DNA from: Phoronis australis
Taxonomy: Eukaryota > Animalia > Phoronida
Assembly (NCBI GenBank): GCA_002633005.1
Contig: NMRA01000032.1
Span: 62,001 to 126,000, forward strand
Length of the DNA: 64,000 bases
Direction of reading: 5' to 3'
Positions 1-15,200 of this stretch are shown piece after piece. Each line of letters opens with the position of its first letter. Position 1 is the stretch's first letter. The position numbers and the translations under genes were made by a program. The notes under the pieces are model-generated. The model was not told the origin of the DNA. It saw nothing but the letters and a program-made list of their open reading frames with translations, and made no database searches.

Positions 1-265
1 CTCTAGTTACAAGATCAAATGTTTACTTTCTTTCACGCTCATAATGATTTATTCGGCTTAAGGAAGGTTTAACGATTCTGACACACTGTAATTATTTGTC
101 CAAACAGTGTTTTTTGTCACGCCAAAAATTTTTTTTTTGCGTGAGGTACGTAAACGTTTGTTGCACTGTATTTGTGTTTGTCCTGTTCTTTAGGTACTTC
201 TATTGAACCACGTGTGTACCGTAAGTTGTAGAAATACTGTGCTAAGTTTGTTGGTTCAATTTCAG

Positions 266-3200
266 GCTAAAGAAGTCTCTGCAGTCCACACAGAGGCCAT
301 GCGGGATGCCGGCAAGATGGCAACTGAGACGGCAACGGCTGCAGCCACTGCTGCAGTGCAGGCCTCTATGGAGCAAATGAAGAATTACACTCCCTGGTGG
401 GCTCAGGTACTTCTTTCATTAAAGGAATATAAACTTAACAGGTTTATATTGAAGTGAAATTTTGTTTGAATTCATGTTTTTCGAGTTTTGCATGAAAAAA
501 TCATTTATTACAACCTGTGTTTGAATTGTACTAGCCAAACATTTCTCTGCAGTGTATCAATGACACGTTTTCTGACTCGTGTTGATATTTATCGGTACCT
601 GTCGCCATAGACAATTGAACAGGTTATGTGATGTGACCAACAGGTGGCATTTAAGGTACTACATATAAAATAACCCCTAACAGGTCAACATGTCAAGTTT
701 CTATCAGTCTGTTATAGCACATTTATTTTATACATTTCCCAACTTGGGGTTATAGGATTGTTTTGACAAAAGAACAAATTTCTAACTGAATCTCTTTTGA
801 TATAAGTATTCAAGTTGAAAACTCAACATTTCTCTGACATAGTTTTGTTTTTGTTTGATGCATTGATGCAAGTTTGTAGTTTCTTATTCGAATTTTGTTA
901 TTAAATTCCTGTTTTTAATAGTTCACATGCAAAACTGGAACATTTTTATAACACCTTCGACAGCTGTGTTTAAATATGACCACCCTCTCTCAGGGATTTG
1001 TTTTGTGAAATTGACTTAAAACTTAAAACAGAAATTGGTCTTGCGCTCACACTTAATTATTGTTGAAAGAAAAACATTAGCCAAGTTATTATAAGTGTAT
1101 CCAAATCTAGTAATGAGTTATAGAAATTATAGTAACTTGTAGTACTTTGCACTTTTCCTCTAGTAAGATGTAGTTTGTATCTTCACTGGTCCAATCAATC
1201 ACGTTGTGTGCTAACTTCGGATCATTGATGGTTATGAGTTGGTCATGCTTTAGATTTCTTAAAAGCTGCTATGAATGCACCTTTTGTCTATGATTACAAA
1301 GAACTTTCTCTCTCAACCATTATGTGTTATAAACCTAGTCTCAGCTTGTTCCTCAGTTAGATATGAATGATTTGTAGGCTTTAGGACTTACTGTCTGGTA
1401 GTTTGTTACTGCTCAACACCAGGCTTAAATAAATTGGCTTGGTCATTTTTGCACCACTAAGCAGTACTTTTCATACCAAGAAGTTGCAAATGAAGCTTAA
1501 CCTGAAATTCCTGATTCTGAAATTTGAATTTAGGTCTAAATGTATGTTGAAGTTCATGAAAATCAACTCGTGGGCAAAGCCTACCACCAGTGTCATTTAA
1601 TTTCGTGTGTCTGTCCCAAACTGGAGAATTTTTATTGTATATTATGTGAGGAATAAGCTGAGATCAATTTATTTGCAACAAATGACCTAACAAAAAATGT
1701 TCGACTGTTTTAGTTGTATGTGGACTTGTCATAAACGTAAACACTGTCCTCAAATTGTCGGAGTACTAAGCCTTCAAAATTATTGTTACATTACAGAAGC
1801 AAGCCAGTGCCAAGTCTCAGTCCCACAAGTCCGAGTCAACCCCCGCTTACACTGACACTTTCAGCTCCTACTCCAGTGTGTCACCATCGAAGTCACGCTC
1901 TTCAGCACCTGCTGAGAAATATTCCGACATATCAAGGTCTACTGTGAAGTCAGAGGCCAGTGTGTCAACTGCTAGTAATATCTCTGCTGTTCAGCAACAG
2001 GTGTCATCGCAGCCAGAGACTGTGGAGAGCGACAAATCGCAGAGTATCAATGAAGAAATACATACTGATAAGGGTGAGAGGTCAATGAGTTGAAATTTTA
2101 AAACCGCTGTGTGCCTGCCTTCGGTTGAAAAATTAAATTTCTGTAGGGTACATTTAAAGTAGTTTTATAAATTAAACTGGTCTCAATGTGTTTCTTACTG
2201 AAACTAAAAGTGATTTTCAGCTTGGAAATTGATGATATTTGGTCAGTGCTTGAGACTATATCAATAATGTGCCAGTGTACTACTAACTAGAGCAAGCCAT
2301 CTAAGTCAAGCTAACTAGGTCATTCCAACTCATTACATCCTGAAATACTTTTTAAATACTTGATGAAAGCACGGGCCCTTGAATTTATCCGTTTCTCGTA
2401 TCCGCTACTAACACCGACACTAGTAATCTTTTTATGTGGTTGAGTCATCAGAAAATGTGTGTGCCTGAGTATGAAAGGCTGGTTTAAGGCCACTTTAGGG
2501 ATGTTGGAAAATCAAGGAAACCCAAAGTCAAGACATTGTAAGCTCTCTCTTGCGTTTTCAAAAATATTTGTCTAAGCCTCTCAGACTAATGTTTTGTCAT
2601 CCACCTCAGATGTCAGCTACTCCCAGACTTTTGATGAGTCTGTCTCCGAAGATGAGATCACAGACCAGTCATTTCGCATGGTCTTGCCATCAGAGACACA
2701 CCGGCGGCGCGCTAAACACCAGGAGGCCGTGTCCGATCACGTGTCCTTTTCTTCCGATGAGGCTCACCCCAAAGACGGTAGGAAGACTATGATTGTACTT
2801 TGTTTGACTGATAACTACTTGTTGTTGATGATACTAGCCCTGTCTTGAAGGAAAACAAATGTGCTTAAAGTTTGTGGACTTTGCCCACAATGCTTTGCAT
2901 ATGTCGGACATTTTTATAGCCTTCGCCATTGAATCAAAATGTTCTTTATAACTAACTGCTTTATTACTTTGTATCAGATTTGTTTCAAGGCTAACCAGAT
3001 GTAACTAACTTTCGCTAATCCTTAAGAGAATCCGACAAGTTCAACAAATATTTGGCTGACATTTCAAAATCTAGGTCAATCGAGCAGTGCTTGTTTGTGC
3101 CTTTTGGACAGGGTGGAGTTCCTTTCAGCACAGTGATATTCACAAACAGTGGTTGATTAATCGTTACTTGAGATTGCCACGGTTTCTCACTGGTTGTTAG

Positions 3201-6200
3201 GTTGGTGTTAAAGCTTTAATATTAACTGTGACCCAGTGTGTGGACGACTTGAAAACTATTCCTGTTCTTTTACAGTGTTTCGGCAGTAATTATAGTCTCT
3301 TACAGGGACATGCATATGAGAACCAGTTTTCTCCACTGAACAATTGGCGTCAAACTTGTTCTCAAAATTTGGGTCGCCTGCCAGTGTTAGCGACTTTCCC
3401 TGTTTCGGCAGTGGCAGTTCTTATTCAGAACATATGCTCTCAGGCGCTCGTTTTGTCTAAAGTAGAATCGAGGACAATACCACAAGCCTTGAAATGTGAC
3501 AGGCAATGGTTGTGTGTGTCATGCAAAAATGCAGTGGTCGAATTTTCAAGGTCAAAAATTAAATGTCCGTCAGTACATGGAAAACTTTCTTTGCATAATG
3601 AAATATTTACATCTTTAGTTTCTTGGAATACCGAGGCAACAGTTTGTTTATTAATTACATATTAAACTTAATACACACCTGGAAACATAGCAGTGTATTG
3701 ATGTGTCATTGCTGTTTCCTAATGTCCGTGTTATCACGTGTTTGTCTGTCTCATTTCTCTCAACCCTTTCTCACAATGTAGACTATCACTCACGCTGGGG
3801 TCATGTGACACGTAGAGATGCCTCGCTCTCGTATCTTTCCTCTCTCTCCGGTAAGGCTGGATGCTGTGCTCAGACGGATCTCGCTAAATTCCTTTGCTCC
3901 TCGCTTCCATGCAAATCTCTCTCCTGGGCATGGTTTATACAATCCCTTTGATATTATTTTGCTTCCTTTAGCATTTGGAAAGATTTCGATTCTGAGTTCA
4001 CTTGCGTGACATGATTATCTCCAGTTTGGCCAATGGTTGATTTTCATTAACCCATTTCTATTCGTCACAAAAATTTTGTTTGACAGATAGCAGTTTTGAA
4101 ATGTTCAAGTAAGACTTTGAACAACTCTACCCCAATGTAACAAATGATTAATAAAAATTTTGATATTACCCGTGACTCACTATAATTAATAATATCGATT
4201 AACAGTTTATAAAACTTGTCAATATGTTAAAATAGCTGAACTTAGTTTACTTTTAGCCTGCATTTTAGTGCTCGGAGTCAACACTAATGTGGTAATTGCC
4301 CTGCACCAAACAGAAACTAGATCAGTGTTCTTTATAAGAAAACAAAGACTTTTGTTTGCTGCAATATTGTGTACAAAGCTATTGATGAAGTACACATAGC
4401 CATAGTACAGGCCAAGCTCGTATTGTATACACTAGGGCCGGTTTAACGTGAACCTGCTTCAGATCTTCAGTACTATAAGCCTTAGATTTTCCAGAAACTT
4501 TACTGATGATAGCTATGGGCACTCAACATATTGGCCATGCCTTCCAGTGGGAACCTGGCAACATCACATTGTCACATTGAAAAGTGTGTGTGATACAAGT
4601 GTGGATGAAAGAGTGAAGACGGGAAAGCGGGGACCAAGACAGGGGGGTTGTCTGGAAGAGAAATGGTGACGGAGATTTTTGAGGACCTTGAATTGTTTCT
4701 GTTGGGAGGACTTTATAGCTGTTGAAGCTTCAGCTAGAGGACAGTTGTTCCAGCACTGTATATTTCTTGAGTGGTCATACTGTAGTTTTGCAAGAAGTTG
4801 ACCTTCTCTTCTGTAAAAAAGTTGATGGAATTTTGGAAAAAAAATTTTTGCGAAATTTCACCAAACGTTATCTTATTTTAGGGTGTTTTCCCCTTTTTCA
4901 CAGTCTTTCTGAATGTTTAAACTATATTAAAGGATGAGAGCTGATGCATCTTAAGCAATAATGCTTATCCACCAGGTGGCTCTCACGGATACATCTAAAA
5001 TAGGAGCTGAACAACAGTGTAAACAACGGAAACACATTCAGTTAAATGAATTACCTTACAAAAATCTATGATGCATGTCAGCTGAGTTTGACTTTTTTGA
5101 AAATTTCTGTCTTGTGTGCGTGCACTCAAACAGCACCAATGCACTGAGTCGGCACTTTGTATATATTATGTTGGTAACGGAGGAACATCGTGACTACCTC
5201 CAGTGTGGGTCAGCACTTTTTACGTTCAAAAACAAAGTGTTTTTCATACTTTCAATGACCGTTGTGTATGACTTGGCATGCGTACCTCAGTGCAATACAA
5301 TGAGGGGTCATAGTTTATGACTCAGCATTTTATCAGCTCTGATTTTCATCGAGTCAGTGTGGTGTTTATGTGAGTTCACTTGGACAACACTTTATTAAAC
5401 TGAGTCATCGTGGAATATGTTGACCTTTGAAAAGCACTGACATATGGCTATAGGGTTTATGAATGTTTGAGCAACCCTGTTATTCAATTGATTGATTTAT
5501 GCCAGCACTTGAACAGCACTAAATTTGGACAATACAGCTACAAAAAGTTGTCACAATATATATCAGTACATGGACTTCTGTATTAACCTTGAATGATCAT
5601 TTGATATGACAACACTTAAGAGCATTGAATTACGTTGGATTGACATTGAAAACTTCAGCACTTGAACAGCATTGTAGCACTTTGAGTGACCACCATATTT
5701 GTTAGCAGTTGAACAACTCTGTAAAATACCTACAAATTACCTGTCACATACAAGGTCGTTGACGATGGGCAGTGTAGCACTAAGCGTCTCACCACACTTC
5801 CGCTGACGTTCATTTGTGGATGTGTTCTACTACTCCGGCACCCCTAGTGGCAATTTTATGTTAAGTTTTCATCCACTGTCTGTACTTTAGCCTTTGCTGG
5901 ATCTTTCTGAAATTTAGCATTGGCAGTTCCTATGGAGATGGTAACTGATGACGGCCAGTTTCAGACCAATCCAACTACTAACAGCAACTGCTCCCCTTAG
6001 TGGCACAGTCTGTAACTTCAGAGTTCCTTGGTGCCTTTTATGTAGTTGGACAAGCAAATTTCTATTATGAGTACTACACCTTCTTTCCTTTTTATAATGG
6101 GTTCAATGTATTCTGTGCCAACTAGTTGCCATACAACATTTTTTAGTCTGTTTTGTTGCCGTCTGCTTCAGTCTGTAACCGTCACACTGCACAGAGGAAC

Positions 6201-9200
6201 ATTATGAAATTGGAAGATGACGAGCATAGCTGATGTGGATTTTCAAATGGATCCAACTACTGTGGTGCCCCCTTGTGACATTTTTTTTCGCCCCCATGGC
6301 TGTATCTCCTAAACTCTTTGCAAGATGTGTTTTTGAAATTTTGCAATCCTGTTAACTTGACAGCAGATGATCGGATTCGTCTAATGCTGTGGTAATGGCA
6401 ACTTTTTTCCATGTGCCTTTTTATCTTGACAGTTTTTGACGGATTTTCATGAAGTTTAACGACGACACTTTCTTATTTTTGGACAGTGTCAATGTATTCC
6501 TTACTGCCTAATGGTCATTTTTCATCATGCAAATTAACACCCCTAGAAGCACACCATTTGCGGTGCAGTCGTGGACTCATTTCTACACTTTGCGGTGCTC
6601 TTGTTACATTGAGTGATCGTAACATTTATCACCAGTTGAACAATGCAATACATGGAGTGATCATAGCATCCGAACAACACTTAGTCACTTATTACTAAGT
6701 AATACAACATAATTTGAGTGACAGTAATGTTTGACAGTGCTTATAGTAACAGAGCATCCCTGGAGTAACCCAAGTCTTCCAATCTTTCAGCATTGCTCAG
6801 CCACTTTTAATACAGCATTTGAGCAGCACAGAAATGCAGTTTTATCCTTAACTCAGCCAGCTTTTGGAGCAGGCAAGGTGGCTTCTTGTTCCAGCTTTGC
6901 AACATTCTTAATACTAACATTTTAGCCTGGAAATTTCCTGTCTGGATAATTTAGTGTTTTTGCTATTTGTGAATTACAAGCAGGTAATGATTTCAATAAA
7001 TTACTATTGATAAGCTTAATGTCTGTCTTAATGACAAACTTGCAATCGTCTCCGATAGACTTACTATCTGTGACTAGACATGTAACTCTCACCATAGACT
7101 TCCTATCATTGTTGGAGAAGTATGTACAAAAAGTTGTGGTGTGGCCTTAATAGCCACCGTAGTTGACTTGCACTCACAGCTTTACCTTAGACTAGAAGTT
7201 AACATACAATCTAGCTATTTGCTGAGCTGTAAGTCAGGCTAAAATTTGTCCTTCTGGACTCGACGATGCATGACGTGTCTGCCATTTATTGTGACTGATG
7301 AGATCAGCCCGGTGTCAGATCAACTACATTGCTGCACGTGTGCTTGGCTTATGAAACTTCACGCCTAATTTTTACCTGTATTTTTTAAATGTCAAATGGT
7401 AATTGTTTATCAGTCGTACAAATTCTTGTCTGAAAATTAAAAGTTAATGTCTTGTCAGTTGTGAAGTTCTCAAATTAAGAAAGTGGAACCTTTGATGGTT
7501 TCACTTGTTTCATTGAGAATTCTACTTTTATGTACCATAAAGATTGTAGAACAACCCAAGGTGCACAATTTGGAAATTATCGATGAATGTGCACAGAACT
7601 CAGCCCAAAAAGGACTTTAAGAATTTTTAAAGTCATTTTGTTGGTAATTATTATTTTGCTATTAATTAATTAATCTTGCTACATTTTGAATTTGGCAGCC
7701 AAGCTACAACTGAGCGAACTGAGTTCTCCGTTCCTTGGCGATGATTCGTTCAACAAGTTCACCACCGACATGGTGAAGCAATATGTGAGAGAAGAAGAGA
7801 TGAGGGCTCAACACCAGGTGGCGTATCAGTGTGGCGAGATTTTGAATACTGTCAACTAGGAGTTGAACTGTTGAGCAATTTGGAAAGTGCGATTAATGAT
7901 AAAGTTTTTTGAGAACCTGCAGCTTTTTAACTATGCTTACTTTTTAATTGTCCTTTGGCTTTGAAGAACTGTGATATGGCTGTTTCCATTCAAGAGGAAG
8001 GAAGTTTATACTGACTACAAACAGGTGGCAGTAGTGTGTTAAGCTGTAAAATGCTCCTTGTGGAATTGGCGATTTATCGTTTCTGAATAACTCTAAAAAT
8101 TATTGTCTTTCCTTTTAATGGAGAATATGCTTGTACTGGTTGGAAGAGATTGACAGTAGCATGTTTTTGACAATCTCTCACTTTCCTTTCTGCCACCAGG
8201 CTGCACTGCTAAACCTGCGCGAGAAGGCGCTGAAGGAGAAAACGCGTGCAGAGATGGCGTGGCTGGAGCAACAGAAAAAGAAAATGAGGGATAAAGGAGC
8301 AGACGATTCTTACCCACAGATTAAGAAGAAACAGAGGGGACTCATGCTCAAGCTGAAACAGGAAACAGTAAGTCTCACTTCTGCCTGACCACGACATAGG
8401 TTAAGGGGAGGCACCATTGGCTGATCTAGGGGCCACCAGCCACAACCTGCAAAAATTGCAGAAAGTTTGTGATAGCCTTAAAAACAGTCTGCTGGTGTAT
8501 TTTTTGGCCGGGCTCTTGTTCTTTGTTGACTTCCATGTTAAAAGTAGACGTAGTAACTTATGCATGAAAATTTCCTCTACATGAGAAGGAAACAAATTTA
8601 AAGATATGACAGAGTACTACATACTTTTTAAAACATGTTTAAGTGGTTGAGATACCATTTAAATAAAATAGTCTCTCATGTATTGAGTGCGATTTAGCCC
8701 TGCCAGCACTGTATTTGATTGTGACAGCAGAGAGTCCACGTTCATTTGTACTTTGGCTGATATCAGAAATATACTTTTCTCGCAGAAAGCAGGGCAATTT
8801 AGTGTTGTGATAGCTGATTACATTTTTTATCTTTCAAATGAAATTAATCTTCACTACCACTACCGCCACCAGTATCACACCAGTATCACCACCATCACAT
8901 CCACCACCATCACCACCACATCCATCACCATATCCACCACCATGGACACCACCGCCACCGCCCTAGTTAATGTGTTATCCTCAATCCTCACATTTTGTCG
9001 CAGGCTGAAATCAAACGACTGCAAGAGTCCAACCGTATTGCTGCAGAGAAGAGGAAACTGCTACTGTTGCAACAGGACCAGATCAGTCAACTGAGACAGT
9101 CAACGCTGCAGACACAAGAGAGGCTTAAATCTAGTGGGCCGGACAAACGGGAGACTGTGGACACGGAGGATGAGGTCAGCTCTAAGGTGGGTTGGTAGGA

Positions 9201-12200
9201 AGGAGCCTGTGTAGGGTCACGGTGAGGTCATCAGTCAGTTAGGTCGTTTTCAACTGTTAAAGACAAGTTGACTAAGCGATCTGAGCAAGAAAGGGGTTGA
9301 TTTGCCAACAGGTGGAGCTGCGTTTTGAGTTTAAAGAGGTTTGTGTCTTGGTCAAATTTATTGGAGACTGGCGGCAGGCTATTCATGCAATGTGGGTAAT
9401 GAGAACTTAGTAATCTGTATCGATATTCATGAGAGACTGACTGACATCTGTGGAGATTCCGTTGTTTTGTGAAACACAGTTTCAATTAACAGGATCTTTC
9501 CTAAAGTTGAATACCAAATTTTGTACTAGTTGTCAGTGTATGCAATCGTCTCAAGGTATTGGAAATAAAAAATTAGTCATATTCAAGTCACTGAACAATG
9601 GAATAATGCTGAATTATCTGATTCATCGTATTGCAAGACAATTCTGTACATCAAACAGACACCTGATGGAAGAACTGACTGCCAGCCATCGGAGAAACTG
9701 CCAACTGTTGAGTAATTAATTATGAAATTTTGCATTAAACAAAACATGAAAACTTACTGCCAAAATACTTTGGCAGATGAAGGAAAGAAAATGGGAAGAA
9801 ATTGTGATAAATTAGAAACTGACATCAAATTATAGGGACGCTGCATGATGCTTCGTCCTGCAAAGGTGACTAGGAGCTGGTTAGTAAGTGGTTAAGCTAC
9901 AATGTTTGGGGCATATTGAGGAAAGCACACAGACAAGTTAGGTCATTTTTGACACTGTGGAAACACTTGCAATTCTAGCTTTTTTATTTCATTTTGTTTA
10001 TTTGCTGTTTTGGTTATTTTGTGATTATTATCATGATAAATATGAGATATTAAAAGATTCTTCCACTCATAACTAAGCCGTGTTCAATTTGCAGTTGGAA
10101 GATCTTGAAGATGACACTCTCAAATCACCCCGAACCAAAGGTAAGAGTTTATATTTCCATCTGTTTTCAAATAACACTTCACCATAACTGTCAGACTCCG
10201 CAAAACATGAACGGACATCTAGTCAGAATTATTTGATTGTTTAGTTAAAATAGTGTTTTCATCGACTTTCGGCCTAGTTTTAATGTGACCGTATGATTCC
10301 TAGCCACGAAATGCATATTTGTGTACAGACTTGTAAGTATTGACATATTGCAAAGTGAGTTTTTCGAAATTTATTAAGAATTGAAAAGGATTCTAGTCGA
10401 AAAATTGACTTTTTGTTTGTCAAATTATGTGTTTGCCAACATTGTCCAGTTTATGTTGAAAACTTCTTTGTCGTAACTTTAACCGAGCCAGATGCATCTG
10501 AATAAATTTGAAAATTTTTTAAAACCTTTAAGCTGTAGTAAGCCAAGCACTAATTTCAGTTCCTGTAGATGATGATTTCAGAGCTTAAGATTTCATTTCT
10601 TAACTTGTATTCCAGATTACAAGTCAGACTCAGACGTTGCAACAGAACATTCCCAGATTCCAGGGACGAGCATCAAGTCTGCCAGTGATACATCTGTCCT
10701 CAACCAGCTCAAAAAGTTCAAGTTTGATAAAAAGTGAGCTTAGTTAAATCCCTGTTCTTGCCCAGGTTTATCAAAATTGTGCTATATGGGAGTTGCTGTT
10801 CTTTAACACTTATGTTGACTAGCTGTACATGTTTTTTTTGGATTTTACAGTTGGCAAATTATTTATTTGGTTAGTCTTTTACTGAAGGTGTTCAATTGTA
10901 CTTTTATTACAGTGTAAACTAATTGATATAGTGTAAGTCAGTTTGCTGAATACACACCAGTACTGAACAAAGCAAAACACCATTTCCTGTCATGACTGTT
11001 CATTCTGTAAATAGCATTAAATGACTGGTAAGAACTGTTCTCATGGAAATTTCTAATTACAGTGTGGCTTAGCCACAACTTTCCTGTTAATGCCCCTTCA
11101 TTCTTGCTAATAGGGAAAACTGTTCTCATGACAACGAATTCGACCTCTTCCCAGCCGTCATGATGGAATTTCGTATTAACTTGTCTCTGAATATTTTTGA
11201 GATGTACTGTGCGTAATGTTTGGCTGAATCTGCATGTCATGCTTTCATGCACAAGTTTTGATTGTTAATTAATAGACTGACTGTTTCTGTACATCCTGGG
11301 GCAGAAATGGGGCGTGGGCACGACATTATTTTTAAGGAGAACATTATTATTTCTCGTGTGAGTAATATAACGTAATAGTCTGGTAGTAGTCAATAAATTT
11401 CCCATTCTATAAAATAATCCTGTTTAATGCAACTGCAAGTAAATAGGAAAGTTTTTTACTAATAATGTTATTCGTCCCTTAAGGTAATAATCTTGTTTCC
11501 AGACTTTGATTCCAGTGGTTTTCAAGACACCGAAAAGTCATGTTTGTTGAGACTTTTCACTCAATGTTTAACTTGAATAAATAATTTTAGGTTTTTAACG
11601 CTGCGAGAACAAAAATTGGCGGAGCGCCGTAAACAGGCGGAACAACTGCTGGAATGGAAGAAGAGACTTGACCGCGAAGAGGAGGAGATATACAAGATGG
11701 AAAAGGAAGCCATCAACGTCTGGGAGAAGGGGAAGAGGTCAAAGGTCACAGGGGCCAGTGGAAAGGTCAAAGAGGCAGAGAGAAAAGGTTAGGATCTTCA
11801 AGCATTTGATGTAATGTTTTCTGTAAGATAAAAGTTTGCTAGAAAATATATTTAAAAGTGAACAATAAAAAAAAATTCAAAAATATCTTGATTTTATTGG
11901 ATTTGTATGAAAATACAGAAATTCATGCATGCAGAAGCAAATGATAATTATATCCAGTAAAATGTTAGTACTCAAGTCAAGTATTTGAGTGATTGAAATC
12001 TTGCTAAAGCTTCAAGGTAGGTGATTTTCATTAGGCCACAAAGGCACCTGACTTGTTTGTTTTTTAAAGTTTGACAATCTGCTTGACGTTCACCACATGG
12101 ATATTCCATACACCAGTTGTCCCTATTGTTCATTTAGAAACGAAGCCAGAGAAAGCCGTTGCGCACAGTGAGAACAAGTCGCGTGAAGCAGTTAATGAAT

Positions 12201-15200
12201 CGATCAACACTACAATTACCGACAAATCTGTCACCGAGCAAGTTTCCTCTGAGAAAAGTCGCATGCACTTACGTTCAGCTAGTGACAGTTCTATCTCGGA
12301 GGAGATTATTCAGGCCAAGGCCGACAGAGGTCGCCTACGCAGTGAAAGTGAAAGTTCCGTACCGGAGGAGATCCAGTCAGCGGCCACTGAGAAGGGACAC
12401 AGGTGCAGTATTTTTTTTTTAAATTTTGGTCTATTCTCGGCGAAATTTTGAAGCAAAGTTTCAATGCTAATTTTCAAATAATTTAGTTTGCTATTTTTCT
12501 GATTTCCTGCCGGGGGGGTTTGCGTTTTTTCAGTGAAGCCAGAAGTATTATTCGAATTTGTTAACTGTAATTTTTAAAGCTGCCATCCCATGATTGACTG
12601 TAGACAATATAGTGGTAGAAGCCGATGCCATTTTAAAAGGAATTGTGAATTGAAGGAGACATTTTCTCATCAAAATGGCGTGTACTAATAGAATATTTCG
12701 TCAAGAAGTGACTGGCACTTAAATGTCATGAAACCTAATTTACCAAGCGTGGTGCTGGTCTTAAAAAATAACACATAGAATGATAGATATTTTGCACTGC
12801 ACATGTTTACTAAAACATCACTTTGTACGACTTTGATAAAACACGTTTATGGTAAAAGTTCTCCAATTTTGGACAGTAAATTATTTTTCTCAGGGTTGGA
12901 GCTTGTTCCAAAGTCTAGAAATAGACAATGTTAGCCATCCTAAAATTCAAGAATCACCAGAAAGAGGGCAAAATTACCACTCTGTAGATTGAAAACATGT
13001 CCGAAATTTGAGAAATATGAATTTGCTGCTGTTCCATATTCCAGATTTCAAGAAAATTCATTTTTGTGGAAGTTTCTGTGTTTCATATTCTAGATACTGT
13101 TCCAGTTGTAGATTTTTGGCCGTAATTATAACATACTTTATGTACACCTCTGTTGAGTATAATTATAGTACTGTGCATTGTCACAACAGCTGCACACTTG
13201 TTTTTCCAGACGCAGTGGCAGTGAAAGCTCCATCGCTGAGGATGTTGTCAGTGCGAGCCAGTCTCGCTCTAGTAGTATTGCTGAAGACGTACCATCCATG
13301 AGTCAGGCAAAGTAAGTTGAACACTGTTTATAGTGGAGCTGTCAGGCAAAGTAAGTTGAACACTGTGTGTATAGTGGAGTCTTATGGGGAAGTTCGATTT
13401 GTTCAGTCTGTCTCATTAGCAAATCCGGATCCATGATTTAGTGGCTAGCTGTCTGGTGTATGCCCTTATCCCGTGACATTGCACATATTGGAAAATTGGG
13501 AAACATGCAATTAGGTCCAGTTGATTTAAAACGTTCGAATTGTCAGGAATGCATAAATATTAATAGCGTTTGTCATAGTCCAGGAAGTCTAAGTCCATTA
13601 AAAGTGGTGATTTTTGAAAGTTTATGTGGAACTTGCCAACAGAACTGTTTCTAGCGAAACGTCTTCAACACTATTGTAACTGAGTGAAAGTATGTATTTC
13701 CTGAAATCAGAAAGCATGCAGAGTTTAATTTTTGACTTATTACAATATGCTAACCATGGCGTCATATGACAGTGTCTTTTGTGGAATTGAGTCATAAAGA
13801 AAATAGATACTTTCATAACAAAACACCGGTATTAATAGCATGTCGACCAAATTTTGTTTGATATACAAAAAACGTTCTTGTTAGGTCACAAATATATAGT
13901 TGGGTTTTTGTTTTTGAAAATCACATTCGGTGTTGCGGAATTTTTTGTATTTGCTCCGCCTGTGATGAGAAAAATGATATGGGAATTTTTTATCTTTTCT
14001 TAAAAAATTCATAGCATTTCAAGCTCTGCTTAGTATGTGTCTTAGTGCAGCTTTTCAAAAAGAACTAGACCTTGGCTGAAATTGATGTGGGCTGCATTTC
14101 TTTTGTGTTTTTAGTCATGTTTGAGACGAGAACCAACTACGCTTTTGTGTGACCTTACACTTTTCTAAAATATTGTTTTGTTTTATTTAGTTTTTGATTT
14201 CTTCTTAAAAATCATAAGTATCCTATATTTGATAGGCCCTCATGCAAAACTGCATTATAAAGAAACAATTTCTAGCATAATTTTGTAGTGAACAGAAATG
14301 GTAGTATCTGAGTTTCAATGAATTCAATCAGCTAGTTCTGAAGCATGGTGCTCCTAAGTTACGAGACAGATGTGAATGTTTTTCAAGATCCTACACAACC
14401 CTAAACGGGGAGTTTATCCAAGGGCTGTACTTACATAATAATAAATAATTCTATGTTCTGTTTCAATTTAGGAAGTAACAAATTCCATGACTTGTTCACA
14501 CCACTTCCAATAACATATTCGACACTTGATAATTCTAAATTTGAATTCTATCTTCATTCAATAAATCTTCATTCTGACCTATTTGCAAGAAACACGATTT
14601 ATTCTGTATTTTATTATAAGAAGTCTGTCTTCATCAAGATCATTGCTTTCAATTCATTTGATTATAGATTCAAGACTTGCCATTAATTAACGTGTAAAAC
14701 TATCTTCATCCAGGAAGTCCAACACTATCCAGACCATTGTTTCCGACCAGTCAAACTACACTCAAGACATAACGTTTAATGTCTATTTTGTCTTAATCCA
14801 GGAAGTCTGATTCGATCCAAACCATTGCCTCCTACCAGTCCAGTAATGGGGAATACTCCGCGGACACGTTCGAGTCATCCTCTGCCCCTGTTAAAAAAAC
14901 TACACCCTCATCCAAATCCGAGAAGGTATCTACACGCAGCCTGCTTTCTCAGGACGCCAGTTTGTCACCACGCTCTGTCAAAGCACCACGCTCTCCTCTG
15001 TATCCACGGCGACGCGGATCTGAAAGCGAATCAGAAGATTCTTTCTCGCAAACACATTCAGGTTGGTGCAGTGACCTTTGGGAAGCTTGCTTTGCTGGGA
15101 ATGAATGTTGCACTGTTATGGCGGTGTTCTGAATATTGTGTTAATATATAATTGTATAATTACCTGTTCCCTAGTAAGCAATTTAAGCATAATCCCGCGA

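Noticed and set aside
3228-3665. 145-aa intronic ORF
   Set aside because: It starts at a non-ATG codon, resembles no family I know, and has no splice sites fitting the CEP350 chain that I could support.
8687-9094. 135-aa Thr/His-rich ORF
   Set aside because: It is produced by the (CAC)n repeat; the true exon (from 9004) is in another frame.
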